Source of the DNA: a virus
Lineage: Duplodnaviria > Heunggongvirae > Uroviricota > Caudoviricetes
Virus record (IMG/VR): IMGVR_UViG_3300049919_000418
Location: 86,928 to 150,927 of that record
DNA length: 64,000 bases
Reading direction: 5' to 3' (one strand)
How positions within the stretch are numbered: the stretch's first letter is position 1; every line of letters starts with the position of its first letter. Below, in pieces: positions 8,650-18,380 of this stretch. Under the pieces are notes generated by a model. It had not been told where the DNA came from and made no database searches. It was given only the letters and a program-made list of their open reading frames with translations. The translations under genes were made by a program, and so were the position numbers.

Positions 8650-8891
8650 GATGGCCAAGTGGCGAAATGGTAAACGCGGCGGCTTCACGTTAAAAAAATA
8701 ATCCGCCATTGGCAAAATGGTAAAGCGCCACCTTAAGGGGGTGGATTTTCCCGATTCGAGTTCGGGATGGCGGACGGTAAGTGGTGAAATGGTAAACACC
8801 GGGCGGCAGTCCGTTTAGGGTTCGATTCCCTTGTTGGACCGCAAGGCGAAGCTAGTTTGGAACATTGCCCGTTCGACTCGGGCCTTACCAA
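8650..8891 (+). other. second tRNA-like cluster with three tandem D-arm-like units (GG[CT][GA]AAATGGTAAA[CG][GA]C) and two T-arm-like hairpins; may include pseudo- or intron-containing tRNAs
   Basis: units at about 8661, 8712, 8783; GGTTCGATTCC and GCCCGTTCGACTCGGGC T-arm-like motifs; boundaries not resolvable by eye. Confidence 0.4.
8703..8774 (+). tRNA. tRNA candidate (72 nt) with unusual anticodon loop TTAAGGG (apparent AAG)
   Basis: acceptor CCGCCAT/ATGGCGG perfect 7 bp; anticodon stem CCACC/GGTGG; T-arm CCCGA-TTCGAGT-TCGGG. Confidence 0.45.
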
Positions 8892-9031
8892 TATAATTTT
8901 GTATGAAAAACACATAGGTATTACCTGCCGGAACAGGTGCAAACGATAAGTTATTCCTTGCAGGAATAAGGGTTAGAATCAAAGAAAACAAAATCAAAAC
9001 ACAAAAATATTAGATCCCCTAAAGGGAAAAT

Positions 9032-9343
9032 TTGGCGATGAGTGGACAAGATACGCAGAGTAAAGTAGAGTGTTGGGATTGCGATGGCAAAGGAGTTGTC
9101 TTTCTGCCATTTCGACCTATTCCTCCCATTACTTTAATATGTGATCGATGCGGCGGCGAGGGACTCTGCCCTAAAATCATGCTGGAGTGGAAAAAAGAGG
9201 GCCAAAAATATAAAGACGGAAGAATCGGGTTGGGTCTTAAATTAAGAGACGCGGCAAGATTTCTAAATATAGACGTAAGGATTATTTCGCGTGCAGAGCG
9301 TGGAATTATTAACCCAAGCATTTTAAATGAATCGCAATTATAA
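9032..9343 (+). CDS. hypothetical Cys-rich protein (CWDCDGKG...CDRCGGEG)
   Basis: 103-aa ORF, two CxxC pairs. Confidence 0.35.
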   Translation: MAMSGQDTQSKVECWDCDGKGVVFLPFRPIPPITLICDRCGGEGLCPKIMLEWKKEGQKYKDGRIGLGLKLRDAARFLNIDVRIISRAERGIINPSILNESQL

Positions 9344-9636
9344 AAAATTAAAATCTATTGAGGATTTCGCCACCCTTGATGCACCAACCTTAATTGCGGA
9401 TAGAGTTCCATTCACGGTTCCAAAGCAAGAGCAGGCGATTTTAAGAATGCTTGTTAGGCCGGAATACGGTTCCTTTAAAATTCCAAAAGAATTGAAAAAG
9501 TTGAAGAAGTAATGAGTAAGAGTTTTGAAAATGAACTTGTAGAAGATATTTTATCTTTGATGGCATCATTTAGTGCGAAAATTTATGGTCGCCGCTCTAG
9601 TCAGAACCGCAAAAAGAAAGAAAAGGAGGAATCGGA

Positions 9637-10344
9637 ATGAGACAAGAAATTTTGTATGGTGATTGTCTTGAGCTATTAAAAAATATCCCCGACAAGTCAA
9701 TCAATTTCATCTGTATTGATCCGCCATACGGTTTAACTGCCCCGAAATGGGATTCTATTGTTTCTTTTGATTCTTTATGGAAAGAGTTTGATAGAATAGG
9801 TAAAAGCGGATATGTTGCGGCTATTTTCGGCTGTCAGCCATTTACAACCAAAGTTATTTCTTCAAACATAGACGAGTTTAAGTATTGTTGGTATTGGAAT
9901 AAAAACCAAGGAACAAATTTCTTTCATGCCAAAAGGATGCCAATTAGAAAAGTCGAAGAAATATCTATTTTTGGCGGCAAAACATATAATCCACAAATCA
10001 CAGACGGACATATTCCTACCAATTCTGCGAAAGGATGCTCAAATGGAAAAGCATATCATGGAACCAATACGCGAGATTATGAAGGTGGGAAAACGACCCG
10101 ATTCCCTGATAACATATTAAATTTTAAATGCGTAGATAATTATTCGAGAGTTCATTCTAGTCAAAAACCCGTAGAACTTTTGGAATATCTTATTAATACA
10201 TATACTAACGAAAATGATGTAGTTTTGGATTGTTTTGTCGGTTCTGGTTCAACTTTAGTTGCCGCTAAGAATTTAAATCGCCAGTTTATCGGCATTGAAA
10301 AAGAAAAAGAATATTATGATATTTGCCTAGAAAGACTAAAATGA
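9637..10344 (+). CDS. DNA methyltransferase (N6-adenine/N4-cytosine family)
   Basis: CIDPPYG (DPPY catalytic motif) and LDCFVGSGST (SAM-binding FxGxG); AAAGGAGG SD upstream. Confidence 0.75.
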   Translation: MRQEILYGDCLELLKNIPDKSINFICIDPPYGLTAPKWDSIVSFDSLWKEFDRIGKSGYVAAIFGCQPFTTKVISSNIDEFKYCWYWNKNQGTNFFHAKRMPIRKVEEISIFGGKTYNPQITDGHIPTNSAKGCSNGKAYHGTNTRDYEGGKTTRFPDNILNFKCVDNYSRVHSSQKPVELLEYLINTYTNENDVVLDCFVGSGSTLVAAKNLNRQFIGIEKEKEYYDICLERLK

Positions 10345-10516
10345 TTCTCCGCGCCTATAAAGTCCAACTAGATGTTAATAGCAAGCAACAAACCTTGTTG
10401 TTACAACATATTGGTTGCGCCAGATGGTCACATAATTGGGCATTGGCTAAAAAGAAAGAATCTTTCGACAAAACTACAAAAAAGGCTTCAGAATATATTA
10501 ATCAATACATTCGGGG

Positions 10517-11023
10517 ATGATCAAACTTTCTTACACCCGCGAAATGGTCAATGAAGCTAAGATTCTTGCGGACGAAATGGGCGAATTAAAAAATTCAATT
10601 ACAAAGGGGTGTGGGACAAAAGCAGGATTTTTGGGGGAAATAGCGATTTGTAACTACCTTGGCGCGAAAAAAGAATCAAAATTTAATCATGATTTGTTGC
10701 TTGGAGATTTAAAAATCGAGGTGAAGTCAAAAAGGCGTTGCGGAAACCCAAAAGATTTTTACGAAGGAAGTGTAGCGCTTTCCAGCGGACACCAACACCC
10801 TGATTTTTTTGCCTTTTTAAGCTTGACCTTTGAGGGGAAACGGGTAAAACAGGGGAGCGAACATTACTTTGGACTTGAGTCCGTATGGTATTGTGGAATG
10901 ATTAGTTACGAAGAATTCATGGAAAAATCAACAATTCATAAAAAGGGTGAGCGCGACCCTTTAAACGGATTCGTGGTGATTGCCGACATGAGAAACATCC
11001 CCTATAGTTATTTAAAGTGCTAA
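10517..11023 (+). CDS. putative PD-(D/E)xK-like nuclease
   Basis: HDLLLGDLKIEVKSK fits D..(D/E)xK core; adjacent to methyltransferase. Confidence 0.3.
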   Translation: MIKLSYTREMVNEAKILADEMGELKNSITKGCGTKAGFLGEIAICNYLGAKKESKFNHDLLLGDLKIEVKSKRRCGNPKDFYEGSVALSSGHQHPDFFAFLSLTFEGKRVKQGSEHYFGLESVWYCGMISYEEFMEKSTIHKKGERDPLNGFVVIADMRNIPYSYLKC

Positions 11024-11205
11024 AAGAAAATGAATCACAGAGCGTGTTTCTGAAAAACGCTGTCATACATAAAGATGCGATGGAAATATATAAAAACCTT
11101 CCTTCAGACGCGCATATCAGGCGACGGGCGCAAAGACTTTGGCATCCGCGAAGTGTGCAAGATCAAATTATTCATTGGGTTCACAAACATAAAAAAACAT
11201 TTTAA

Positions 11206-12336
11206 ATGACAGCAACATTCCCCACACTATATAAAAGAACTTCAACAGGCGCAACCCAAATTTGGAAAATTATAGTTGATGGGCCAACGTATTATACCAA
11301 ATCCGGCCAAATTGAAGGAAAAATAAAGCAAAGCAAACCTACCGTTTGCAAGGCGATGAACGTTGGAAAATCTAACGAGACGACACCCGAGGAGCAGGCT
11401 GTTATTGAGGCCCAAGCAAAGTTCGATAAACAACTTAAATCAAAATATAATAGAAAAATCGAAGATATTGATTGTCAGAGCTTTATAAGTCCAACATTGG
11501 CGAGCCCACTCAAAAAAAGGGCGAAACCCTTAGTATTTCCGGCATTAATACAAACGAAGTATAATGGCGTTTGTTGTATTATTGACAAAGAATTTGGTTC
11601 GCGTAGCCGCAAAGGTGAAGTTTTTTATAATTTGAAACATATTAATAAATCGCTGGAACCATTCTTTATTAAGAATCCAGACGTTGTTCTCCATGGAGAG
11701 CTTTTTAACTATGAAATGCGGCGGAATTTGAATCGCTTGGTTAGGCTTGTTGCTGTTACTCGAAAAGAAAAAGATCTTGACGGGGAATTAATTAGGGATT
11801 CGGAAGAAATCGTTCAGTTTTGGGTTTATGACGGCTATACCAAGGGAGAGGAAAGCAAACCATACCATGAAAGAATTGTTCAAATTCATGAAAAAATAAA
11901 AGGTGTTAAATATTTATTCCCCGCGCCAACGACAGTTGTGAACAATGAAGACGAAATTCAGGAGTTTTTCATGGCAAATTTAGCCGATGGGCAGGAAGGC
12001 GCGATTGTAAAAATGATGAACATGCCCTATCTCCATAAAAGAACCACGGATATTATTAAATTCAAGGAATCAGACTCCAAAGAATTCAAAGTAATTGCTT
12101 TTGTTGAGGGCAACGGCGATTGGACGGGTTGCGCCAAAAAGGCGACATGTTTAATGGACAGTGGCGAAACATTCAATAGCAATATTTACGGAACTATGGA
12201 ATTTTTAAAGTATGCTCTTGAAAATGAAAAAGAGTTTCTACAAAAAATTTATACGGTTGATTTTCAATGCGAATCGGAGTATGGGGTTCCTCAATTACCA
12301 TGGGTAAACATTGAAATACCTAGAGATTATGAGTAA
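11206..12336 (+). CDS. ATP-dependent DNA ligase-like nucleotidyltransferase (motif I KYNGV instead of KYDGxR)
   Basis: TKYNGVCCIIDKE..SRSRKGE resembles T7-type ligase motif I with D-to-N substitution. Confidence 0.4.
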   Translation: MTATFPTLYKRTSTGATQIWKIIVDGPTYYTKSGQIEGKIKQSKPTVCKAMNVGKSNETTPEEQAVIEAQAKFDKQLKSKYNRKIEDIDCQSFISPTLASPLKKRAKPLVFPALIQTKYNGVCCIIDKEFGSRSRKGEVFYNLKHINKSLEPFFIKNPDVVLHGELFNYEMRRNLNRLVRLVAVTRKEKDLDGELIRDSEEIVQFWVYDGYTKGEESKPYHERIVQIHEKIKGVKYLFPAPTTVVNNEDEIQEFFMANLADGQEGAIVKMMNMPYLHKRTTDIIKFKESDSKEFKVIAFVEGNGDWTGCAKKATCLMDSGETFNSNIYGTMEFLKYALENEKEFLQKIYTVDFQCESEYGVPQLPWVNIEIPRDYE

Positions 12337-12790
12337 AATGTATTATCCGCCAAGATATTTTTTCGTTAGCGGAAGATCTATTTTTCTAGCGGGAACAATT
12401 GACGGTGGCGATTCCTATAACTGGCAGGAGGAAATCGCGGTGAAATGTATTGAAAACAATTATAATGTATTCAACCCGCGCCGCCTTGATTTCAACAAGG
12501 ATCTTGAACAATCAGTAAAAAATCCTGATTTTGTTGATCAAGTAAATTGGGGGTTGGACTACATTGATAATGCAGACATTGTTGCCTTTTATTTTGCAAT
12601 TGATTCGAGAAGTCCGATAACTTTATTAGAATTAGGCTTGACATTAGCTAATGATTCTGCTAAATGTGTTGTCTATTGTCCGCATGGGTTTTGGCGAAAA
12701 GGAAACGTTGACATCGTTTGCGCACGGCATAAAGTTAAGGTTTTCGAAATCCAATCTGAGTGGGAAAAAGAACTATTTAAAAATAAATAA
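12311..12790 (+). CDS. hypothetical protein, weak resemblance to nucleoside 2-deoxyribosyltransferase-like fold
   Basis: IFLAGTIDG near N-terminus; low confidence. Confidence 0.25.
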   Translation: MKYLEIMSKMYYPPRYFFVSGRSIFLAGTIDGGDSYNWQEEIAVKCIENNYNVFNPRRLDFNKDLEQSVKNPDFVDQVNWGLDYIDNADIVAFYFAIDSRSPITLLELGLTLANDSAKCVVYCPHGFWRKGNVDIVCARHKVKVFEIQSEWEKELFKNK

Positions 12791-12810
12791 AGTCACAGAA
12801 AAATAAAATC

Positions 12811-13275
12811 ATGAGCAAATTATCCATCAGCCAAGCGCTCAAAGAAAAGAACCGCATTGCGGGCCGCATTGTTAAGCTTCAAGCTCAATTAAAGAACCTC
12901 AACCGCATGGAGGAGGGTAAGCCACGAGATTTCGAGCCGGGAGATATTTATCTAAAACTTCAAGAAGAGTGGGCATATTTGGTTGACATTAAAACGCGTC
13001 TTGCGGCGGCGAATGTTGGCATTGCGGCAGCGCTTATCAAGCTAACGGAAGCCAAAGCTAGCCTTGCATATTGGAATGGATTTACAAATGCTGGACCCGC
13101 AAAGGAAATCGTTTCCAAATCTGTTCGGCGTGGCAACGAATACGTTGAGGAAGATTTTATTTACGTTAGCTATATTTCTTCGAAGGAGGTGGTTGAGCTT
13201 CAGGAAAGCTGTCAAAAATATATTGAAGCCCTTCAAGATGAAATCGACGCATACAACGCGACAACACGAATTTAA
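12811..13275 (+). CDS. hypothetical coiled-coil protein
   Basis: 154-aa ORF. Confidence 0.4.
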   Translation: MSKLSISQALKEKNRIAGRIVKLQAQLKNLNRMEEGKPRDFEPGDIYLKLQEEWAYLVDIKTRLAAANVGIAAALIKLTEAKASLAYWNGFTNAGPAKEIVSKSVRRGNEYVEEDFIYVSYISSKEVVELQESCQKYIEALQDEIDAYNATTRI

Positions 13276-13502
13276 GGTTTCCTCGGAAACCTCGGAATGG
13301 GATTAGGCGGCGAACGGGAGTTGACACTTTCGCTTAAGTGCGAACGAACTCCTAACGGAAAAAAGATAATGAAACTGACAACGATCAAGTCCTTCGGGAT
13401 GGGCAAAACTCAAGCCTCAAAACTTAGTTATCAAAGTTCAAATTTCAAAGTTTAAAATTTAGATCGTTGACAACCGTTCACCGCCGAAACTATTTATTTA
13501 CT

Positions 13503-14150
13503 ATGAATACTATTGAATCGCAAAAAGCACGCATGCCCTATCTAACTCAGGAAAACGCGGATGCCGCGCTCAAAGGATTGAAAAGTATTGCGGATCAATT
13601 AGACCTAACTGCAATTGCGAATGAAGTTCTTAACAACGAGGATTTTGTTGTTTGGACGGGCGCGGCGAAACCGGAAAGTCATCATTACGGAAAGTTTGGA
13701 TTATTACTTCATACTTATGAAGTTTATTTGAATGGAGTAATGATTATGGATGTTAATCAATCCCGTTATGGGTTTGATAAGCTTGATTTGCAAGAGTTTT
13801 TCCTTTCCGCGTTATTTCACGACTACGGAAAGATTTTTGACTACAAAAACACTAGCTATATAAGTGGTCATGGAGAGTATGCCACTTGGGTCGACCGATG
13901 GGGTTCAGCAGATCATAGGAGGAAAATTCATCATATTTCCCGCTCCGCTCTTTTCTTTTCGGAGGTTGCAAAGAAACGCGGTTTGCCGGAAGACTTGATA
14001 GATCGTGTGTTACATAATATTTTGTCCCATCACGGATGCCGCGCCTATGGCAGTCCGGTATCTCCAAACACGCGAATCGCTTGGATTTTGCACCTTAGCG
14101 ATATGGTTAGCGCACGCCTTTACGATTGCGATACTTTAGATAGGTTTTAA
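13503..14150 (+). CDS. HD-domain phosphohydrolase
   Basis: LLLHTYEV ... LFHDYGK (H..HD motif); ATG 13503 within ORF-track 13467..14150. Confidence 0.55.
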   Translation: MNTIESQKARMPYLTQENADAALKGLKSIADQLDLTAIANEVLNNEDFVVWTGAAKPESHHYGKFGLLLHTYEVYLNGVMIMDVNQSRYGFDKLDLQEFFLSALFHDYGKIFDYKNTSYISGHGEYATWVDRWGSADHRRKIHHISRSALFFSEVAKKRGLPEDLIDRVLHNILSHHGCRAYGSPVSPNTRIAWILHLSDMVSARLYDCDTLDRF

Positions 14151-15176
14151 TGGATAAATTCCCAATCTTTGTGTCGCCCTGATTTCGGGTTTTTCTTATT
14201 AATAAAACATTGATTCATAAATCCATTAGATAACCCATGTTTTCTGCAAAACTCCGAAAGGTTTGTCAGTTCAAAAGTTTCTCCGGTTGGTTTATGGTAA
14301 ATGGTTGAAATCCTGTCTTGGGTTTCGAATTCATTTAAATTTAATATAAATTTATTGTATTTTCTCTCAAGTCTTATTTCCGGGGTTGAATCTTTGTAAA
14401 TCCATTTTAAGAAATTTGAAGAGTCTTTTCCCAAATTTAGATAAAAAATATTTTCAGCGGGCTTAGCGAAGATTTTTTCTGTTGAAATACCTAATTTGGA
14501 TAGATAGTTTTTAATAAAACCCACACAAGATTGTGAGTTAATTAAATTAACTTTAAACCAAATTCTTTTTTTAACGGGAGAAACCTTAACGTAAATACTC
14601 CCGTCACCGTCGTAAAGACCCCTAACGAAATGAGAGTAATATTTTTCCTCAATACTTGGAAAGATAAAAACCTTTGACTTGTTTTCGTCAACACCGTGAT
14701 TTTTAATATACTGGCAAAACTCTTTGGAGTTTACTTGTATTTCACACGAATAATTCGTTTTTTTGGTCCTATCGTCAAAATTAGCCCTTTCTGCTACCGG
14801 GCTTCCAGAGTTGATAGCCCTTTGAAAATCCAAAAGAATTTTTTTTGTCTGTTGATTTAAGTTGAAAAGACAGCTTATATCCGCTTTTGTGAATACATCC
14901 GTCTGCCGCAATAAAACCAAGCCAATAAGCTTTTTCATTTGAATCGATATTTTTAAAATAATCAACATTAAGGGAGACTTTTCTGAGGGAGACGACAATT
15001 CCGTTATTTTTTAAAGTCTTCTTTATCCTCCCAACCGTAGTTTTAAACTTTTCTCTAGTTTCCGATAGTTTTCCGCACAGCAAATAATGCTTGACAACTT
15101 CCGATTCTTCATATATAGGTTTGCTCATACAGTATAAGTTGCACCACAATGGATCAAAAAAGAACAAATAATGCAA
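14147..15176 (-). pseudogene. LAGLIDADG homing endonuclease split into two overlapping frames (14781..15176 and 14147..14998)
   Basis: motif 1 WLGFIAADGCI in upstream ORF, motif 2 RGLYDGDGSIYV in downstream ORF; A8/T8 homopolymer at about 14838-14846 near the frame change. Confidence 0.55.
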
Positions 15177-15746
15177 AAAAAAGGGGAAAAGCTTCTTTGG
15201 TGGGATATTGATGAGGCTTTGGTGTCAAGCATGTATTCTCAAAGTGACTCTCATTCAAGCCAATTGATAGATCTTTACGGGCAACATTGGGAGGGCCACA
15301 AGTATTCGACTTCATCCGGGGTTGGCTGGGACGCAGCGAACGAACGATATGTAACATTCGTTCGCCCGTGGGCGAGGGAAGCAATTGCATGGAGCTATGA
15401 AACCTTTGGGCGAGAGAACGTTAAGGTTTTAACTCAAGGCACGGCGGATTACATTTTCAAAATGTTGAGGGTGACGGGGCTTGACTTCCATGAGAAAAGC
15501 GTGTTCACGAGAGAAAATATTGAATACCCGAAACATAATTTTGATAAATTTAACAATGTTTTAGTTGACAACGAGACTTACATTTATCACACTGAAGACA
15601 AGTTCAATAAGGTTGACTTCTTGAGTGGAATTTCACCCGACAAATACGTTCAAGTAAAACATTTTGACGTTCGGTATTTTTTGCCAGAGCATGATCTTGG
15701 GTATCTTGAAGAAGTTAAACAAAATATTATTAAGGCATTCGGATGA
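15171..15746 (+). CDS. hypothetical protein
   Basis: 191-aa ORF. Confidence 0.4.
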   Translation: MQKKGEKLLWWDIDEALVSSMYSQSDSHSSQLIDLYGQHWEGHKYSTSSGVGWDAANERYVTFVRPWAREAIAWSYETFGRENVKVLTQGTADYIFKMLRVTGLDFHEKSVFTRENIEYPKHNFDKFNNVLVDNETYIYHTEDKFNKVDFLSGISPDKYVQVKHFDVRYFLPEHDLGYLEEVKQNIIKAFG

Positions 15747-15887
15747 AACTATTTTTTATAATTTTAAAAACAATCTTTGTCGGCGTTCATAGGGCGAGGC
15801 GAGCCAAAAAGCAATTCGCGCAAAAAAGACGCGTCGAATGGGCGAAAAAAGCTTGACGCGCTGCGAATGATTTCTTAATCTTCACGC

Positions 15888-16430
15888 ATGTCAAGGTTCC
15901 CTATTAACACCCAATATCTGCGCGGCCTTCCGATTAACGCGCACCCCGGCGCGTTTGGCGCGGCTCGAAAGCATAATTTCCATGAAGGAATCGATCTTTA
16001 TGGAAAAGAGGGGATGTGGGTTTATGCGATCAACCCCGGCGTCGTGATTTCCAACTCAAGATTCACCGGACCATCTGTTGGGCATGATTGGTGGTATGAA
16101 ACGGATGCCGTTACAATCAAATCCGATACGGAATATTTCGTTTACGGGGAACTCAAAAGCGGATTAAAACCGGGCGATGTTGTCAAGGCTGGAAGCAAAA
16201 TTGGCGAACTTGTTCCCGTGCTTCCGGTTGAGAAAATCCGTAGTTACATCCCTCAGCATTCAAATGTGATGCTTCATCTTGAGAAATGGAATTTTCTATA
16301 CGATGAAGAGGCTGGTTGGGCAAATTGGCCAAACAGACTTTCAAGGCCAAAGTGGTTGGAAGACCCGACAAACGATCTAATTGCTATTTTAATGAAAAAC
16401 TATCAAAAAGTTAGACTACTTAGCCTTTAA
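15888..16430 (+). CDS. M23 family peptidase (peptidoglycan endopeptidase-like)
   Basis: HEGIDLYG (HxxxD) and VMLHLE (HxH) zinc-binding motifs. Confidence 0.55.
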   Translation: MSRFPINTQYLRGLPINAHPGAFGAARKHNFHEGIDLYGKEGMWVYAINPGVVISNSRFTGPSVGHDWWYETDAVTIKSDTEYFVYGELKSGLKPGDVVKAGSKIGELVPVLPVEKIRSYIPQHSNVMLHLEKWNFLYDEEAGWANWPNRLSRPKWLEDPTNDLIAILMKNYQKVRLLSL

Positions 16431-16574
16431 TGTTTTTATACCAATGCGCCAACTGTAAATTAAAGCTTTTTAAGGGCGAAAAGCGGTTGCCGTCACTTTG
16501 GGTTTCGGCGGAGAAGCAAATATTTTGCCATTATTGTAATTTACAATATGGAATATCCCATTTAAAATATATAA

Positions 16575-17219
16575 ATGAAAATACTAATTACAAGTGGTGG
16601 TTGCAGGATGCCCATAGATGATGTAAGGCATATGTCTAATTTTAGTTCGGGGAGATACGGAGCCGAGATTTTTAAACAATTTTTCCTTAGTGGACATGAA
16701 GTGATATTTTTTCACGAAAGGGGAAGCAGAACGCCAGAGCTTAACGTGGTTGGCGAAAATTTAAAAGCTCCTAAACTTATAGAATATAAAGATTATTGGG
16801 AGTATTTATCTGTCAAAGAGGTAATAATTAGAGAGCAACCAGACATAATAATTTCGGCATCAGCGATTAATGATTATATTTTTTCGAAAATCGATGGGAA
16901 AATCAGTTCTTCCGACGACACGCTTACCCTAACACTTACAAAGGGCGAAAAAGTTATTAAAAGTTTTCGTGAGCTTGCGCCGAAGGCGCTTATCGTTGGT
17001 TTTAAACTTCTTGTTAGTCCATCGAAAACCGAATATTACAATGCAATTGACAAAGCACTTGAGGGCGATTATGTTGACCAAGTTGTTTATAACGATTTAA
17101 CCGAATTAAAAAAGGGAAATCAAAAACGTTTGGTTATTGGGAGATTTAGATCCCATTATTATGAAGCGAACGATGCGGGCCAATTGGTGGATTACATTAT
17201 AAAAAAATCGGGCAGATGA
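16575..17219 (+). CDS. phosphopantothenate-cysteine ligase (CoaB)-like protein
   Basis: MKILITSGGCRMPIDDVRHMSNFSSGRYG matches CoaB N-terminal ITSGGT.EPID.VR.I.N.SSG pattern. Confidence 0.45.
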   Translation: MKILITSGGCRMPIDDVRHMSNFSSGRYGAEIFKQFFLSGHEVIFFHERGSRTPELNVVGENLKAPKLIEYKDYWEYLSVKEVIIREQPDIIISASAINDYIFSKIDGKISSSDDTLTLTLTKGEKVIKSFRELAPKALIVGFKLLVSPSKTEYYNAIDKALEGDYVDQVVYNDLTELKKGNQKRLVIGRFRSHYYEANDAGQLVDYIIKKSGR

Positions 17220-17548
17220 ATTTTTTGGTATTTAGTTTTGGCGACAATGATTTTGGGTATGGATTATACTCGGCGGTGGAATATGCCAAAGAAAACAATT
17301 TTTTTGAGAGGGCGGGCGAGGACTGTAAGTGGTGGAAAAGTTATGTAATTCAATTTGCATTGGCGTATTACGCTATGCGCCACTTTCGCGACGAAGAGGA
17401 TTTAAATCAAATAAAAGGATATTTTGAGCAAGGACTAACCGTTTACGCTTCTCGTAATTGGCCAACCCACGACGGAACGACCCCATTAGACCACGACGGC
17501 GGTTCCGTTGTTTTCGACCTTAACACAAAACTCGTATCACTTATTTAA
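17216..17548 (+). CDS. hypothetical protein
   Basis: 110-aa ORF with ATGA overlap. Confidence 0.35.
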   Translation: MNFLVFSFGDNDFGYGLYSAVEYAKENNFFERAGEDCKWWKSYVIQFALAYYAMRHFRDEEDLNQIKGYFEQGLTVYASRNWPTHDGTTPLDHDGGSVVFDLNTKLVSLI

Positions 17549-17549
17549 A

Positions 17550-17834
17550 ATGAATTCAATAGATAAAATCGCAATGGGCGCGAAGCCCGATCCATACAAT
17601 TTCAAATTGGTAGAGTTGCGCCTTGTAAACGGAAACACTATCATTACGGCAAACTATCCCGGAAGTTTGACTTTCGGCGGCAATAAAATGATGTTGCTTA
17701 AGGGCGACTTTACTCAGCACGATTTTGAAACATTGGACCCTCACTTTTTGGATGACGATTACGCCGTTGTGGCTCGGTTTGTTCCAAATGCTGCGGGGAA
17801 AAAACTAGCCATCGCTTGCGCGAAACTGTTATGA
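17550..17834 (+). CDS. hypothetical protein
   Basis: ATG 17550 inside ORF-track 17508..17834. Confidence 0.35.
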   Translation: MNSIDKIAMGAKPDPYNFKLVELRLVNGNTIITANYPGSLTFGGNKMMLLKGDFTQHDFETLDPHFLDDDYAVVARFVPNAAGKKLAIACAKLL

Positions 17835-18349
17835 AAATTCTATTAGGAGTAACAGGCAGCGTTGCGGCAACCCTCACGGGAAAGATGCAAGATCAACTTT
17901 ACGGAATGGGCCATACATTTAAAACGGTTGTTACAAATTCAGCTTTAAATTTCAACGACGACGAGTGGAGCGGTTATCTTACCGATGAAAGTGAATGGAA
18001 TGAATACAAATACTATAGAAAAGTATTACACATCGACCTTATCAAATGGGCCGATGTTTTCCTCGTTGCGCCATGCACCGCTAACACGCTTGCCAAAATG
18101 GCAAACGGGATTTCCGATAACCTTCTGACAAATTGCGCATTGGCTTGGCATTACTACGACAAACCCTTTTATTTCGCCCCTTCAATGAATGTAAAAATGC
18201 TTTCGCACCCTGCAACAATCAAAAATACGGAAACATTAAAATCTTTTGGCGCGATTTGCATTGAGCCGCAGGAAAAGAAATTGTTTTGCGGCGATATCGG
18301 AAACGGCGCGATGGCGGATATTTCAGAAATTTGTAAATTATTTCGTTGA
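17831..18349 (+). CDS. flavoprotein of the phosphopantothenoylcysteine decarboxylase (CoaC) family
   Basis: MKILLGVTGSVAA flavin-binding N-terminus; ATGA overlap with upstream ORF. Confidence 0.45.
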   Translation: MKILLGVTGSVAATLTGKMQDQLYGMGHTFKTVVTNSALNFNDDEWSGYLTDESEWNEYKYYRKVLHIDLIKWADVFLVAPCTANTLAKMANGISDNLLTNCALAWHYYDKPFYFAPSMNVKMLSHPATIKNTETLKSFGAICIEPQEKKLFCGDIGNGAMADISEICKLFR

Positions 18350-18380
18350 CACGGGCCGGATTATTTTTTAATCTTTCGGC

